A model generated the notes under the pieces. That model had not been told where the DNA came from. It searched no databases and was given only the letters and a program-made list of their open reading frames with translations. Positions 1 to 9,641 of a DNA stretch of 35,017 nucleotides are shown one piece after another (positions within the stretch are counted from its first letter, which is position 1; every line of letters starts with the position of its first letter). Where the stretch lies: IMG/VR virus record IMGVR_UViG_2623620502_000007; one strand, given 5' to 3'. The stretch is from a virus (lineage: Duplodnaviria; Heunggongvirae; Uroviricota; Caudoviricetes). A program made the position numbers and the translations under genes.

Positions 1-1362
1 ATGTTTAAACCGGAACTCCTTTCCCCGGCGGGAACGCTGAAAAATATGCGTTACGCTTTCGCTTATGGCGCAGATGCTGTTTATGCGGGCCAGCCGCGTT
101 ATTCCCTGCGTGTGCGCAACAACGAATTCAACCACGAAAATCTTCAGCTCGGCATCAATGAAGCCCACGCGCTGGGGAAAAAGTTTTATGTCGTGGTCAA
201 CATTGCACCGCACAACGCCAAGCTGAAAACCTTTATCCGTGACCTGAAACCGGTGGTGGAAATGGGGCCGGATGCGCTGATTATGTCCGATCCAGGGCTG
301 ATTATGCTGGTGCGTGAGCACTTCCCTGAAATGCCGATCCACCTTTCGGTGCAGGCTAACGCCGTGAACTGGGCGACGGTGAAATTCTGGCAGCAAATGG
401 GCCTGACCCGCGTGATCCTCTCTCGCGAGCTGTCGCTGGAAGAGATTGAAGAGATCCGCAATCAGGTGCCGGATATGGAGATCGAGATCTTCGTTCACGG
501 CGCGCTGTGCATGGCCTACTCCGGTCGCTGCCTGCTCTCTGGCTATATCAACAAGCGCGACCCGAACCAGGGCACCTGCACCAACGCCTGCCGCTGGGAG
601 TACAACGTCCAGGAAGGGAAAGAAGATGATGTTGGCAACATCGTACACAAGTACGAGCCGATTCCGGTGCAAAATGTTGAGCCGACGCTGGGTATCGGCG
701 CACCAACCGACAAAGTGTTTATGATCGAAGAGGCCCAGCGTCCGGGCGAGTATATGACCGCGTTTGAAGATGAGCACGGCACTTACATCATGAACTCGAA
801 AGATCTGCGCGCCATCGCCCATGTAGAACGCCTGACCAAAATGGGCGTGCATTCGCTGAAAATCGAAGGTCGTACCAAATCTTTCTACTATTGTGCACGC
901 ACCGCACAGGTTTACCGCAAAGCTATCGATGACGCCGCTGCGGGAAAACCGTTCGATACCAGCCTGCTGGAAACTCTGGAAGGTCTGGCGCATCGTGGCT
1001 ATACCGAAGGTTTCCTGCGTCGTCATACTCACGACGATTATCAGAACTACGAATACGGTTATTCAGTTTCTGACCGCCAGCAGTTTGTTGGTGAGTTTAC
1101 CGGTGAGCGCAAGGGGGACCTCGCGGCGGTAGCGGTGAAAAATAAATTCTCCGTTGGCGACAGCCTTGAGCTGATGACGCCGCAAGGCAACATTAATTTT
1201 ACCCTTGAGCACATGGAAAACGCCAAAGGCGAAGCTATGCCGATAGCACCAGGCGATGGTTATACTGTGTGGCTCCCGGTCCCGCAGGATCTTGAGCTCA
1301 ATTACGCGCTGCTGATGCGTAATTTCTCCGGGGAAACCACGCGTAATCCCCACGGTAAGTGA
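1..1362 (+). CDS. yegQ: U32-family peptidase-like protein YegQ (also called RlhA)
   Basis: Full 453-aa ORF starting at window position 1; N-terminus MFKPELLSPAG and Cys-rich motifs (CMAYSGRC, CTNACRWEY) recognisable as E. coli YegQ; host-like GC content. Confidence 0.9.
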   Translation: MFKPELLSPAGTLKNMRYAFAYGADAVYAGQPRYSLRVRNNEFNHENLQLGINEAHALGKKFYVVVNIAPHNAKLKTFIRDLKPVVEMGPDALIMSDPGLIMLVREHFPEMPIHLSVQANAVNWATVKFWQQMGLTRVILSRELSLEEIEEIRNQVPDMEIEIFVHGALCMAYSGRCLLSGYINKRDPNQGTCTNACRWEYNVQEGKEDDVGNIVHKYEPIPVQNVEPTLGIGAPTDKVFMIEEAQRPGEYMTAFEDEHGTYIMNSKDLRAIAHVERLTKMGVHSLKIEGRTKSFYYCARTAQVYRKAIDDAAAGKPFDTSLLETLEGLAHRGYTEGFLRRHTHDDYQNYEYGYSVSDRQQFVGEFTGERKGDLAAVAVKNKFSVGDSLELMTPQGNINFTLEHMENAKGEAMPIAPGDGYTVWLPVPQDLELNYALLMRNFSGETTRNPHGK

Positions 1363-1506
1363 TTAATTTCGATTATTTTTCCCGGATGGAAAATTCTTAG
1401 AAACCGATCACATACAGCTGTATTTATTAAGGTTATCATCCGTTTCGCTGAAAAACATAACCCATAAAATGCTAGCTGTACCAGGAACCACCTCCTTAGC
1501 CTGTGT

Positions 1507-1533
1507 AATCTCCCTTACACGGGCTTATTTTTT
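1507..1533. repeat. att core, left junction (27 bp, exact copy of 34514-34540)
   Basis: aatctcccttacacgggcttatttttt occurs identically at both prophage ends; it is the reverse complement of the P2 att core as I recall it. Confidence 0.85.
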
Positions 1534-1595
1534 ACGTACAACAAATTGAAATAAAAGGATTTATTTCTGGTCACGTCCACACATTGACCACATCG

Positions 1596-1621
1596 ACAAA
1601 AAAGCCCCTCGACTGAGGGGC
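1596..1621 (-). terminator. Rho-independent terminator downstream of ogr (usable on both strands)
   Basis: GC-rich hairpin gcccctc-gact-gaggggc (1604-1621) flanked by an A-run on the plus strand (T-run on the minus strand) immediately after the ogr stop; weaker T-rich tract tttctgttt also follows on the plus strand. Confidence 0.65.
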
Positions 1622-1634
1622 TTTCTGTTTGTAA

Positions 1635-1853
1635 TTACATCCACATAATTTGCTGCCCTGATGGCAACGGGTGCGGCCTTACGGCGTGGACTTCTCCCGG
1701 CTTCACGATGTATCGCTGTACCGACTCATAAGTGATGAACGTGGCACTGCAATTCACGTTCTGACACTGGTGATAACGCTCTTTTGTCGTGTCAGTGATA
1801 TAGCGGCTTGTACGCGCATGTGCGGCATGCTGGCATAAAGGACAATGAAACAT
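1635..1853 (-). CDS. ogr: Ogr, zinc-finger late-gene transcriptional activator (72 aa)
   Basis: MFHCPLCQHAAHARTSRY...CQNVNCSATF with C-x2-C...C-x4-C zinc finger; the 72-aa product from the internal Met matches P2 Ogr length. The six-frame ORF extends 21 codons upstream (to 1916) but I take the internal Met as the start. Confidence 0.88.
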   Translation of the reverse strand: MFHCPLCQHAAHARTSRYITDTTKERYHQCQNVNCSATFITYESVQRYIVKPGEVHAVRPHPLPSGQQIMWM

Positions 1854-1934
1854 CGCGAGCACCTCTTCCGGTTTTGTTGATGGTGCCATTTTAGTTAATT
1901 TATCCTTATAAAACAAATAGATAAAATAAAAACA

Positions 1935-3098
1935 TCACTCGTCATCTTCTGTTTCGTACTCCACATCAGAAAGCCTGACCTCAAGCTCCAGGGACGTCGT
2001 GAAGCCGCTATTATTCAGAAAATGTGTCACCTTAGTGATTGTCCAGTCCTGCTCGTCTATGACGCGCTTAAAGCCTGACACTTTGACCGGTGTTTCCGTG
2101 TAAATATCTGCACGACCGGTAGCCAGGCTGATGGAGAACTCCGCAACGCCCCGTTGCAGTTTATCCCACTTCGCCTGAGCGGCGCGCATGGCCTGCGCTT
2201 TCGTGGCATATACCGTGGTCAGGGCAAAAACATTGTCAGCCTCACCGGCCATGTATTCACCTTCGCGCGCTTCCGGTACTTTTGGCGCTTTCTTCTGCGT
2301 GACCGGTTTCGCTTTCGGGGGCTCCAGTGCGCGCAGGTGTTTCTCTTTCTTTTTGCGTTTCAGTTTTACCTTCTGCTTTTGTGGCTTCGGGTCTTTGGTG
2401 TGTAACCACTTTGCCGTTACGCCTGTGTAGGCTCCACGGTCAGCAATCGCAAAATGATGACGGTCGCCGTCGCTGCGGGTGATGGTAATCTGCGGGATTT
2501 TTTTACCGCTGGCCGTCACCCCCTGCCCCGCTTTGAGAAACAGCAGTTTTCCCATTTTTACCGACACCTCACCGCCGTTGCGTTCAGCAAGACGGGTCAG
2601 GAATTTCGCATCGGACTCCTGCGACTGGTCGATGTGCGGGATTTTAATTCCGGCCAGTGACGGAGCGACACTGGCTTCCAGCCTGTTACGGGAGGCAATC
2701 GCCTCAACAATCGCACCGAGCGTGGTGTCATGCCAGGAGCCTTCCCGGCGGGAATTGAGCGTGCCACGAAAATCTGCACTCCGGGCGCGGATGGTGACCA
2801 CATCCGGTGCGCCCCGGTGTTCAACCTCATCAACGGTGAATTTCCCCTTGCATACCAGGGCAAAACCTTTCCAGCCGATATACACCGTCAGGACAGCGCC
2901 ACGAACCGGCAGCCCGACCTGCCCGTCGGCATCGTTCAGTTCAATATCAAGCTGGTCAGCCTCAAAGCCCCGGTTATCCGTCAGGGTCATGCTCATCAGA
3001 CGGTCACTGATATTGCCGGTAATATCCCTGCTGTCGAGCATCAGCATGTAATCCGGCGTCAGCGTACTGCCTGCATCAAATGTCAGCGCATCCAGCAT
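1935..3098 (-). CDS. D: Tail protein gpD (387 aa)
   Basis: Position and length identical to P2 D; N-terminus MLDALTFDAGSTLTPDY; follows U in the tail operon. Confidence 0.88.
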   Translation of the reverse strand: MLDALTFDAGSTLTPDYMLMLDSRDITGNISDRLMSMTLTDNRGFEADQLDIELNDADGQVGLPVRGAVLTVYIGWKGFALVCKGKFTVDEVEHRGAPDVVTIRARSADFRGTLNSRREGSWHDTTLGAIVEAIASRNRLEASVAPSLAGIKIPHIDQSQESDAKFLTRLAERNGGEVSVKMGKLLFLKAGQGVTASGKKIPQITITRSDGDRHHFAIADRGAYTGVTAKWLHTKDPKPQKQKVKLKRKKKEKHLRALEPPKAKPVTQKKAPKVPEAREGEYMAGEADNVFALTTVYATKAQAMRAAQAKWDKLQRGVAEFSISLATGRADIYTETPVKVSGFKRVIDEQDWTITKVTHFLNNSGFTTSLELEVRLSDVEYETEDDE

Positions 3099-3577
3099 TA
3101 TCTCGCCCCCGTCATCCCCGTGAATCTGGTCGCCATACTGCCAGCCTTACCGATGAGCGATTCCGCCTGTTTACCGATATCGCCATAAAGCGCGGCCAGT
3201 GATTCATCAACGCGGGTGAGCGACAGCGTAAAATCAATTTTCCGGGGTGTGCCGTCTGCAAAGAAAATACTCCCTGTTTCACTCACCCTGCTGATGACAT
3301 ACATGCCGTAAATCATGCCGGTGCCATCCAGCAACGGCCACGCCCGGCCTTCCTCTGCCATCAGCCTGAGCGTGGTCATCGTCAGCTTCCCGCCGGTCAG
3401 TTCGGGATAAAGCACGCCGGCAAGCGTCATGTTTTCCTCACCCACACCGAGAAACTGAAAGGCATCCCGTTTACCGATACGGGAATTTGACGGCCAGCGA
3501 TAATCTGATTCGCGCTGCATGGTCTGGTGTGGCAGCGTCTGGCGCATAAAAACAAACATACCTAACGCGAGCATCAT
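3098..3577 (-). CDS. U: Tail protein gpU (159 aa)
   Basis: Synteny and length match P2 U; stop overlaps the D start. Confidence 0.85.
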   Translation of the reverse strand: MMLALGMFVFMRQTLPHQTMQRESDYRWPSNSRIGKRDAFQFLGVGEENMTLAGVLYPELTGGKLTMTTLRLMAEEGRAWPLLDGTGMIYGMYVISRVSETGSIFFADGTPRKIDFTLSLTRVDESLAALYGDIGKQAESLIGKAGSMATRFTGMTGAR

Positions 3578-3591
3578 TTTTCGTCACCTCC

Positions 3592-6039
3592 TTAACCGTC
3601 ATGCATCATGCTGGCACGGGCGCGCGCACGTTTATCCCGCTCGTATTTTTCGAGCGCATCCTGTAACTGGCGGTCGAGCTGAGTCCCCGGCGCAGTACCG
3701 CCCGTCAGACTGATGTGATATTCGTTTTTACTCTGGTCCACATAAGAGCGGCCAGCCGGTGCCGTAACCGGCTGATAAGCCTGATAGCCTGCATAAGAGC
3801 TGGTCGCCGGAATATAACCACCGGTGCCATACGTGGCGGCATGAGTTCTGGCGGCAGTCTGGTCAAGTGCGTCAGACTCTTTGTTGATAACACCGAGTTT
3901 TTCCAGTACCCAGTCAATACCACTGCGCAGTTTGTTGAACGCACTAAGCGGCAGCATCAACGCGTCAGCCAGTGCCTGCCCGAACATGACGCCCGTGTCA
4001 CGGCAACGATTCAGGGTGTCCTGGGTGGCTTTGACCGGAGCAATCAGGTTTTTAAACCACTGCCACGCGGCCTGTAACTTTTCACCCAGCCAGTCAAACA
4101 CCGGTTTAAGTGGCGTGAACAGTTCCCCCACCGGCGCAAATGCCGCTTTCAGCCCTTCCACCACACCGCCAAAGAATGCGCTGACAGGCTCCCAGTATTT
4201 ACGGATAAGCAACGCCCCGGCGACAATGGCGGCCACCACGGCCACAACCGGCCAGCTAATCGCCCCGATGGCCGTCATAACAGCACTGCCAACCGTCGTG
4301 AAGATTGCCCCCATTGCGCCTGCTGCCGCGATGATGGCATTGATGCCGGTGATAACCGGCCAGGCTACAAGACCAATGGCACCGATGATGCCAGTAAGTG
4401 CCAGCGCGCCACCGGCAATGAGGCCAATGGTTGACGCCAGTGATTTGTTTTTCTGGATCCAGCCGTCGAGTTTTAACACATACTTTGTGGCCGTCTGCGT
4501 GAGCTTACGCAGTGCGCCTTCCTGCTGGTCAAACAGGTCAGTCCCCACCGCCTCATAAGCGGACTGAAACTCCTTAAAGTCACCGCCGAGGTTGTCCTGC
4601 ATGATATTTACCAGCTCTGCGGTCTTCCCGTCTGAGGCTTTAAACGCAGCGGTCAGTTTGTCCAGCTTTCCGGTTGAGGCGGCAGTCATCAGCACAGCGG
4701 CGGCTGAGCTGGCCTCCTCCCCGAAAATGGTTTTCATGTATTCAGCCTGCTGGGCAGTACCGAGCCGGTTTTTCTCAAAACTGGCCTGCATTTCTTTCAG
4801 AATGGTAAATACTGGTCGGGTGTTTCCCTTGCTGTCTGAGGTTTTCACACCAAGCTCTTTCAGTGCATCCCATGCTTTTCCCGTCGGTGCCTGCAGGCGG
4901 CTTAACACGGCACGGCTTCCCGTCCCCGCCATTGAACCGGTAATTTTTGCGTCATGCAGCGCCCCGACCATTGCGGCGGTTTCTTCAATGCTGACACCGG
5001 CATTTTTTGCCACTGGTGCGGCATAGGTCAGCGCATCGCTCATACCGTCAAAATCGGCGGCGGTTTTGTTCATCGTCATGGAGAGAACATCCCCGATATG
5101 AGCGACCTTATCGTTTGAAAGCTGAAAGGCGGATTTCATCCCCATCAGCAGGGCGGCGTTTTCTTCCATCGTGCGGCGGTTCGCCAGCGCCATATTCAGC
5201 GTGACCGGCGTTGCCGCCTGAATGGCATCAACATCCCCACCGGCTTTCGCAATGATAATCTGCGCACCGGCAGCATCATCCGCCGAGGCGGCAGTATTGT
5301 CGCCGAGCTGGCGCGCCTGTTTGCGGAGCGCGGCCATTTCGGCGGAATCTTTTGCCACACCGAGCACAGCCTGCAATTCTGAGTTTTTCTGCGCAAACTC
5401 ATAACCGGGCATCAGCAGCTTAACTCCGGCCATCGTTCCCGCCGCCGCAATCCCCACACCGGCAGCGCCCACTGAGGCCATATTTCCGGCAAGTTCTTTT
5501 CCTGCCTGATAACGCTGTTTGACTGCGTTAAGTTTTGCCTGTTGTGCACTGACACGCGCCAGCGCGTCACGCTGCCGGTTAAGCTGTGCGGTGGTTTCAC
5601 TGATACGGTTTTTCAGCCCCTGCTCATCATGTGCAAGATTGCGGGTATTAATTCCCACAGCGGCCAGTTCCCGCTGCTGGCGTTTAACGGAATCCGTCAG
5701 GCGGTTATATTTCGCCTGTAAGTCCTCCGCCGCACGCTTTGCGGATTCCAGCACTTTCGCCTGAGCACGGGTCGGACGTTCAGTGTTTTTAAACTGTGTG
5801 GCAAGTGCTTCGGCCTCCTGCCGTGCCTTTTCAAGTGCATGACCAGTCACGGCGAGCTGTGCACTGGTCTTGCGAAACCCCTCAATACGGGATGCCTGAC
5901 CGTTCAGCTCGCGCAGTGATTTTTGTGTTTCCCGGATATCCCCCGACAGCGACTTACTCGCTGTGCGGATGGATTTAAACGGGCGGGATGCCTGGTCAAC
6001 AGCCCTGAGCAATACCTGTAATTTTACATTGTTACTCAT
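3592..6039 (-). CDS. T: Tail tape measure protein gpT (815 aa)
   Basis: Long Ala/Gly-rich coiled-coil N-terminal region and hydrophobic Gly/Ala-rich central segment typical of tape measure proteins; length equals P2 T; lies directly downstream of E/E'. Confidence 0.9.
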   Translation of the reverse strand: MSNNVKLQVLLRAVDQASRPFKSIRTASKSLSGDIRETQKSLRELNGQASRIEGFRKTSAQLAVTGHALEKARQEAEALATQFKNTERPTRAQAKVLESAKRAAEDLQAKYNRLTDSVKRQQRELAAVGINTRNLAHDEQGLKNRISETTAQLNRQRDALARVSAQQAKLNAVKQRYQAGKELAGNMASVGAAGVGIAAAGTMAGVKLLMPGYEFAQKNSELQAVLGVAKDSAEMAALRKQARQLGDNTAASADDAAGAQIIIAKAGGDVDAIQAATPVTLNMALANRRTMEENAALLMGMKSAFQLSNDKVAHIGDVLSMTMNKTAADFDGMSDALTYAAPVAKNAGVSIEETAAMVGALHDAKITGSMAGTGSRAVLSRLQAPTGKAWDALKELGVKTSDSKGNTRPVFTILKEMQASFEKNRLGTAQQAEYMKTIFGEEASSAAAVLMTAASTGKLDKLTAAFKASDGKTAELVNIMQDNLGGDFKEFQSAYEAVGTDLFDQQEGALRKLTQTATKYVLKLDGWIQKNKSLASTIGLIAGGALALTGIIGAIGLVAWPVITGINAIIAAAGAMGAIFTTVGSAVMTAIGAISWPVVAVVAAIVAGALLIRKYWEPVSAFFGGVVEGLKAAFAPVGELFTPLKPVFDWLGEKLQAAWQWFKNLIAPVKATQDTLNRCRDTGVMFGQALADALMLPLSAFNKLRSGIDWVLEKLGVINKESDALDQTAARTHAATYGTGGYIPATSSYAGYQAYQPVTAPAGRSYVDQSKNEYHISLTGGTAPGTQLDRQLQDALEKYERDKRARARASMMHDG

Positions 6040-6459
6040 TCGTGTTTCCGCTTCGCCGGAGCGCCTTTTCGCGCCATGTGATGAGTTCGGTCAGGCTCAT
6101 GGGATACAGTTCTGATGGCGGCCAGTGAAATATCACTGCCACATCCGCCATCAGGTCATCGACCGAGAGATTTTTCGGAAACGTCACTGCACCGAGTTCG
6201 GCGACAAAAAACCGACCACCTTACCGGCCAGCGCCACAAGGTCAGGCAGTTCCAGTGCGGCGACTTCCTGCTCGGTCAGCATCGGTGCCGTCATGCGCGG
6301 CAACACCTTAATCAGTGCATCGACTTCGGAGTTTGCGACCGCTGCCAGACTGACACCGCGCAGCGTCCCGGCACTGGGTTTCATCAGCGTGACCTGTTCG
6401 ATAACCTGCTCACCACGTTTGACCGGATTGTCCAGGGTAATCACATTTTCTTTGTTCAT
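6032..6459 (-). CDS. E': Tail assembly chaperone gpE+E' (142 aa) made by programmed -1 ribosomal frameshift at 6205-6211
   Basis: After a -1 slip on GGT TTT TTG the reading frame stays open for 57 further codons (VAELGAVTFPKNLSVDDLMADVAVIFHWPPSELYPMSLTELITWREKALRRSGNTNE) and stops at TAA overlapping the T start (ATGAGTAA). Total 142 aa equals P2 E+E'. Confidence 0.8.
6184..6459 (-). CDS. E: Tail assembly chaperone gpE (91 aa, zero-frame product)
   Basis: 91-aa ORF immediately upstream of T, ending ...VGFLSPNSVQ; contains the TTTTTTG slippery heptamer 7 codons before its stop. Confidence 0.85.
   Translation of the reverse strand: MNKENVITLDNPVKRGEQVIEQVTLMKPSAGTLRGVSLAAVANSEVDALIKVLPRMTAPMLTEQEVAALELPDLVALAGKVVGFLSPNSVQ
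6205..6211 (-). other. Slippery heptamer TTTTTTG (minus strand) for the E/E' -1 frameshift
   Basis: Plus strand reads c-aaaaaa at 6205-6211; on the minus strand this is TTT TTG in the E frame. Confidence 0.8.
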
Positions 6460-6515
6460 GGTTTTCTCACTTATGAATCGGGGTTAACCGGTCAGCCAGG
6501 CTGACCGGATGAAAA

Positions 6516-7034
6516 TCACAGGCCGATATTGCGGCGGTGTTGCTCCAGCCGGTCGACGCCGTTCACCTTCTCAATCATGTTGATGGTGTCGATTTCGACC
6601 AGCTCCTTACCGTCCATCGTCAGCCGGAAATAGGTGCAGACCACGGAGATTTTCGACTCGGTGTCTTCTCCCTGTTTACCCTCGCCGGTGTCGATTTCTT
6701 TCTGACGTCCACGCATGACCACCTCGACGGCCACCGTTTCGCCGGTATCGTCACGCTGGTAAGAGCCTGCAAAACGAATCGGCACAGCATCCACACCGGT
6801 TGCGGCGTAAAGCTCCCAGATAACCGAATCCGGGAAGCCCCCGAGCGACCACTCCATTGACAGCGCATCGTCATCAAGGCCGAGGTCTACCGGTGCGCTG
6901 CCGTTCATTCCCGCACCGCGATAGTTTTCGAGCTTACGGGTCAGTTTTGGCAGCGTGACGGACTTTGCAACGCCCTGATAGCTGTAGCCGTTCAGAAAGA
7001 CGTTCATTAACTTGAGTTTGCGCGGCATTGCCAT
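6516..7034 (-). CDS. FII: Tail tube protein gpFII (172 aa)
   Basis: Synteny (between FI and E) and length match P2 FII. Confidence 0.88.
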   Translation of the reverse strand: MAMPRKLKLMNVFLNGYSYQGVAKSVTLPKLTRKLENYRGAGMNGSAPVDLGLDDDALSMEWSLGGFPDSVIWELYAATGVDAVPIRFAGSYQRDDTGETVAVEVVMRGRQKEIDTGEGKQGEDTESKISVVCTYFRLTMDGKELVEIDTINMIEKVNGVDRLEQHRRNIGL

Positions 7035-7046
7035 CGGTCAGGCTCC

Positions 7047-8237
7047 TTAATTGCTGTTAACCGAGGTGACCAGATTTGCCAGGTATTTATCGGTAATACG
7101 CTGGCGCAGGGTCAGGTTTTCGAGAGGAGGCACCGGTGTATAGTCGTAGTCGATATACAGTTTTCCGGCCTTGAGGGTTTCCGCATCGTTGGATTCTTCG
7201 CTGAACCAGCAGGTCGCATCCACGATATAGCCGTTTGTTTTCAGCTCTCGGAATTTGGCATTGATGCCATCAACGATGTCGCGAATCAGCGTTGCGGTGA
7301 TGGGCTTGTCCACCGCCCACATGTGCGCCTCAGCCATCGTGTCGGCCAGCACCTGCGCGGTGCGGGTGTAGTTTTCAAAGAGGAACAGCGGGTCATCAGA
7401 GCAGGTACGGTTACCCCAGAAGCGGAAACCGTCACGGCGAATCAGCGTTGTGACGCCTGACTCATTCAGCAGGTCAGCATCGGTGCCGGACTCCTGCAAA
7501 TCCCAGAATACAGATGCGCTGATGCCGGTAACACCGTTCACCCCAACGTTGGACAGTGTTTTATGCCAGCCCTGCTCCTGGTCGATTTTAGCGCGCAGAC
7601 CCAGCGCACGGGCGGTGGCATACGCGGTGGCGGTGGTACTGGTGACCGTATCCCATGCGAGGAAATCCGGCCAGATGACCATCAGCTCACGCTGGCTGAA
7701 ATTCTGGCGGTAGGCTTTCACCTCGGAAATGGTCTTACAGCCCCATGCGCTGATATATCCGAAAGCGCGCAGCTTCTGACAGACGGATGCCAGTGCAACA
7801 GCCACCTCTTTGGTGTCCAGTCCCGGCACACCGAGAATACGCGGTTTAACACCGGTTACCGACTCTGCCGCCAGCAGGGCTTTCAGTCCGGTGTACTGAC
7901 CGTTTTCGTCGGTGGTGCCGATGATATTGGAAACGGTCTGCGCAAGTTTCGTTTCTTCGTCGTCGCCGGTGCCGTCCTCCACGCGCACAACAACGGTAAC
8001 CGGTTTTGACTGGTCGGCGATGGCCTGCAACGATGCCGCCAGCGTGCCTTTTTTACCGGCCTTTGCAATTGCGCTCTGCACATTGGTAATCAGCACCGGT
8101 TTATTGATGGGGAAGGTTTCCGCATCCGCATCGCTGGCCGTGCAGACCATGCCGACAATGGCTGTGGATACGGTGGAAATGACGCGGGTGCCGTCGTTAA
8201 TCTCCAGCACCTGCACGCCGTGATGATAGTCACTCAT
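7047..8237 (-). CDS. FI: Contractile tail sheath protein gpFI (396 aa)
   Basis: Length identical to P2 FI; N-terminus MSDYHHGVQVLEINDGTRVISTVSTAIVGMV; first gene of the FI-FII-E-T-U-D operon. Confidence 0.9.
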   Translation of the reverse strand: MSDYHHGVQVLEINDGTRVISTVSTAIVGMVCTASDADAETFPINKPVLITNVQSAIAKAGKKGTLAASLQAIADQSKPVTVVVRVEDGTGDDEETKLAQTVSNIIGTTDENGQYTGLKALLAAESVTGVKPRILGVPGLDTKEVAVALASVCQKLRAFGYISAWGCKTISEVKAYRQNFSQRELMVIWPDFLAWDTVTSTTATAYATARALGLRAKIDQEQGWHKTLSNVGVNGVTGISASVFWDLQESGTDADLLNESGVTTLIRRDGFRFWGNRTCSDDPLFLFENYTRTAQVLADTMAEAHMWAVDKPITATLIRDIVDGINAKFRELKTNGYIVDATCWFSEESNDAETLKAGKLYIDYDYTPVPPLENLTLRQRITDKYLANLVTSVNSN

Positions 8238-8330
8238 CCGTTTAACTCCGTGGTTAATGGGTGCAACTATTTTCCGTTGGGTAGTACATGAGACGCTATT
8301 TGACCTGGCTGGTCAGTGGATGAAACAACA

Positions 8331-8360
8331 GATAAAGAAAAGGCGGGCAATCTGCCCGCC
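8331..8360 (-). terminator. Rho-independent terminator on the minus strand, between the cargo gene and FI
   Basis: Hairpin ggcgggca-atc-tgcccgcc (8342-8360) followed on the minus strand by TTTTCTTTATC. Confidence 0.6.
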
Positions 8361-8592
8361 TGTCCTGATTTGTACACACTCATTTTCCGACTGACAATTT
8401 ACATAGCCAAAATGCTATCAAATCTGACAGCCTGTTTTGAGCGAAGAGGAACCTGAGATTGTGGTATGCTAATTTATGGGGAGCAGGTCAATTGTATTAG
8501 TTATCTTTTTGCCTTTCTTTATCCCATTTCTTTACAGTGGTCTGATACCACTCTTCACGTGTTCGTTATTCCTCTGCTCTGTCACTTGAATT

Positions 8593-9189
8593 TTAGTTGT
8601 CTGTTTTAATTTTTTTGCTTCCCTGGGAAATCGGCCTCCAGTCTTCTCTAATATTTTTCATCTGCTCAGCTATCTGTGTCATTGGACTCCTTGCACCTAA
8701 GTAGCTAACCCCCTCGAAAGAAGCCATATCATAAGAATACTCATTCCGCTCTCTTTCAGTTGAGCCCGGCTGTTTAGACCAGCTAATACTAACAGAATAA
8801 ACTTGATCTTTAATCTGGTCATACTTACAAAGACTGCTGTTGAGGGAATGGCCGTTTTTCAATACGCTAACCTTGCTAAATGGTATACCTTTATTTTTTC
8901 TATGTTCTGCATTAACCAGTGGGGGATTAAATCCGACTTCAATATCATAGGCTGGGGCATTTCCGGTATTAGCAATATTGATATCAAAATAAAAAGCAGC
9001 CCAAGAATTTGGTTCAAGAGTCACAACGACATGAGGTTGAACTGATGCGTCAACCATCCTTTTTGTCTCGTCTGCTAATAGCCTTGTTACTCTCCACAAG
9101 AAAAATGTAGCAACTGCTGTTAGCAATGCTGCCAAAGCGGAGATAAGTGTACTTACTGTGTTTATATGCTCTGCGATAAATTCGATCAT
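8593..9189 (-). CDS. Hypothetical membrane-anchored protein (198 aa), cargo in the FI/G slot
   Basis: AT-rich ORF with a Shine-Dalgarno-like AAGGA upstream; predicted single N-terminal transmembrane helix (VSTLISALAALLTAVATFFLW) followed by a roughly 165-aa soluble domain; no family recognised by eye. Confidence 0.6.
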   Translation of the reverse strand: MIEFIAEHINTVSTLISALAALLTAVATFFLWRVTRLLADETKRMVDASVQPHVVVTLEPNSWAAFYFDINIANTGNAPAYDIEVGFNPPLVNAEHRKNKGIPFSKVSVLKNGHSLNSSLCKYDQIKDQVYSVSISWSKQPGSTERERNEYSYDMASFEGVSYLGARSPMTQIAEQMKNIREDWRPISQGSKKIKTDN

Positions 9190-9641
9190 GAGTTGTCCTT
9201 GGGGGCGTACTAATTGTTTTCAATACTAAAATAGCGCCGGGCTTGAAAAATTGCACACTTATGGTTCGATTTACCTCAACAGTTAAGGCTTCAACTTCCC
9301 CCATGCACCTCACCCAGCCCAAGACTGTATGAGGTCTGACAAAGAACTTCCTGACACTTGAAAACGAGGCAACGGCTAGGGTTTCTCGTAGGGCAAGGAT
9401 TGAATACGAAGCCTGTATATTGCTCCGCGAACGCTGCTGAGGGCAGTTTAAATGTTGGGCGTTTATGTAGCCTTTCACTCACCAGCATGAGTTCAATGTC
9501 TGTGAGTTACCGACAACAATATAAAGGGGGTGGCATCATCATATATCCAAGCTAGAGTCAAATCCTCTAACTGGTTTTATGATCAGTGTCAATTGTTTGA
9601 TTATTGAACGTTTACGAAGCAGCACGGGAGCCATATAACTA

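Noticed and set aside
1363-1634. tRNA or tmRNA gene at the integration site
   Set aside because: No cloverleaf-like segment or conserved T-loop (GTTCRANYC) found near either att core; P2-type phages typically integrate at non-tRNA sites.
2479-3051. 190-aa plus-strand ORF (and similar antisense ORFs such as 3881-4558, 12966-13661, 13465-14076, 20355-20945, 22047-22757)
   Set aside because: Each lies entirely antisense to, or out of frame within, a well-supported P2 structural gene; they are Ser/Arg/Pro-rich with no RBS, typical shadow ORFs of GC-rich coding DNA.
8238-8340. Ogr-dependent late promoter (TGT-N12-ACA) upstream of FI
   Set aside because: A late promoter is expected here, but only imperfect half-sites were seen by eye, so it is not annotated as a feature.
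9050-9478. 142-aa minus-strand ORF in the FI/G cargo island
   Set aside because: It overlaps the 3' end of the 198-aa gene, has no RBS and odd composition; more likely non-coding sequence (see the non-coding-region finding).
9190-9641. Possible retron msr/msd non-coding RNA
   Set aside because: No reverse transcriptase gene anywhere in the island or window, and no recognisable a1/a2 inverted repeats; retained only as an unexplained non-coding region.
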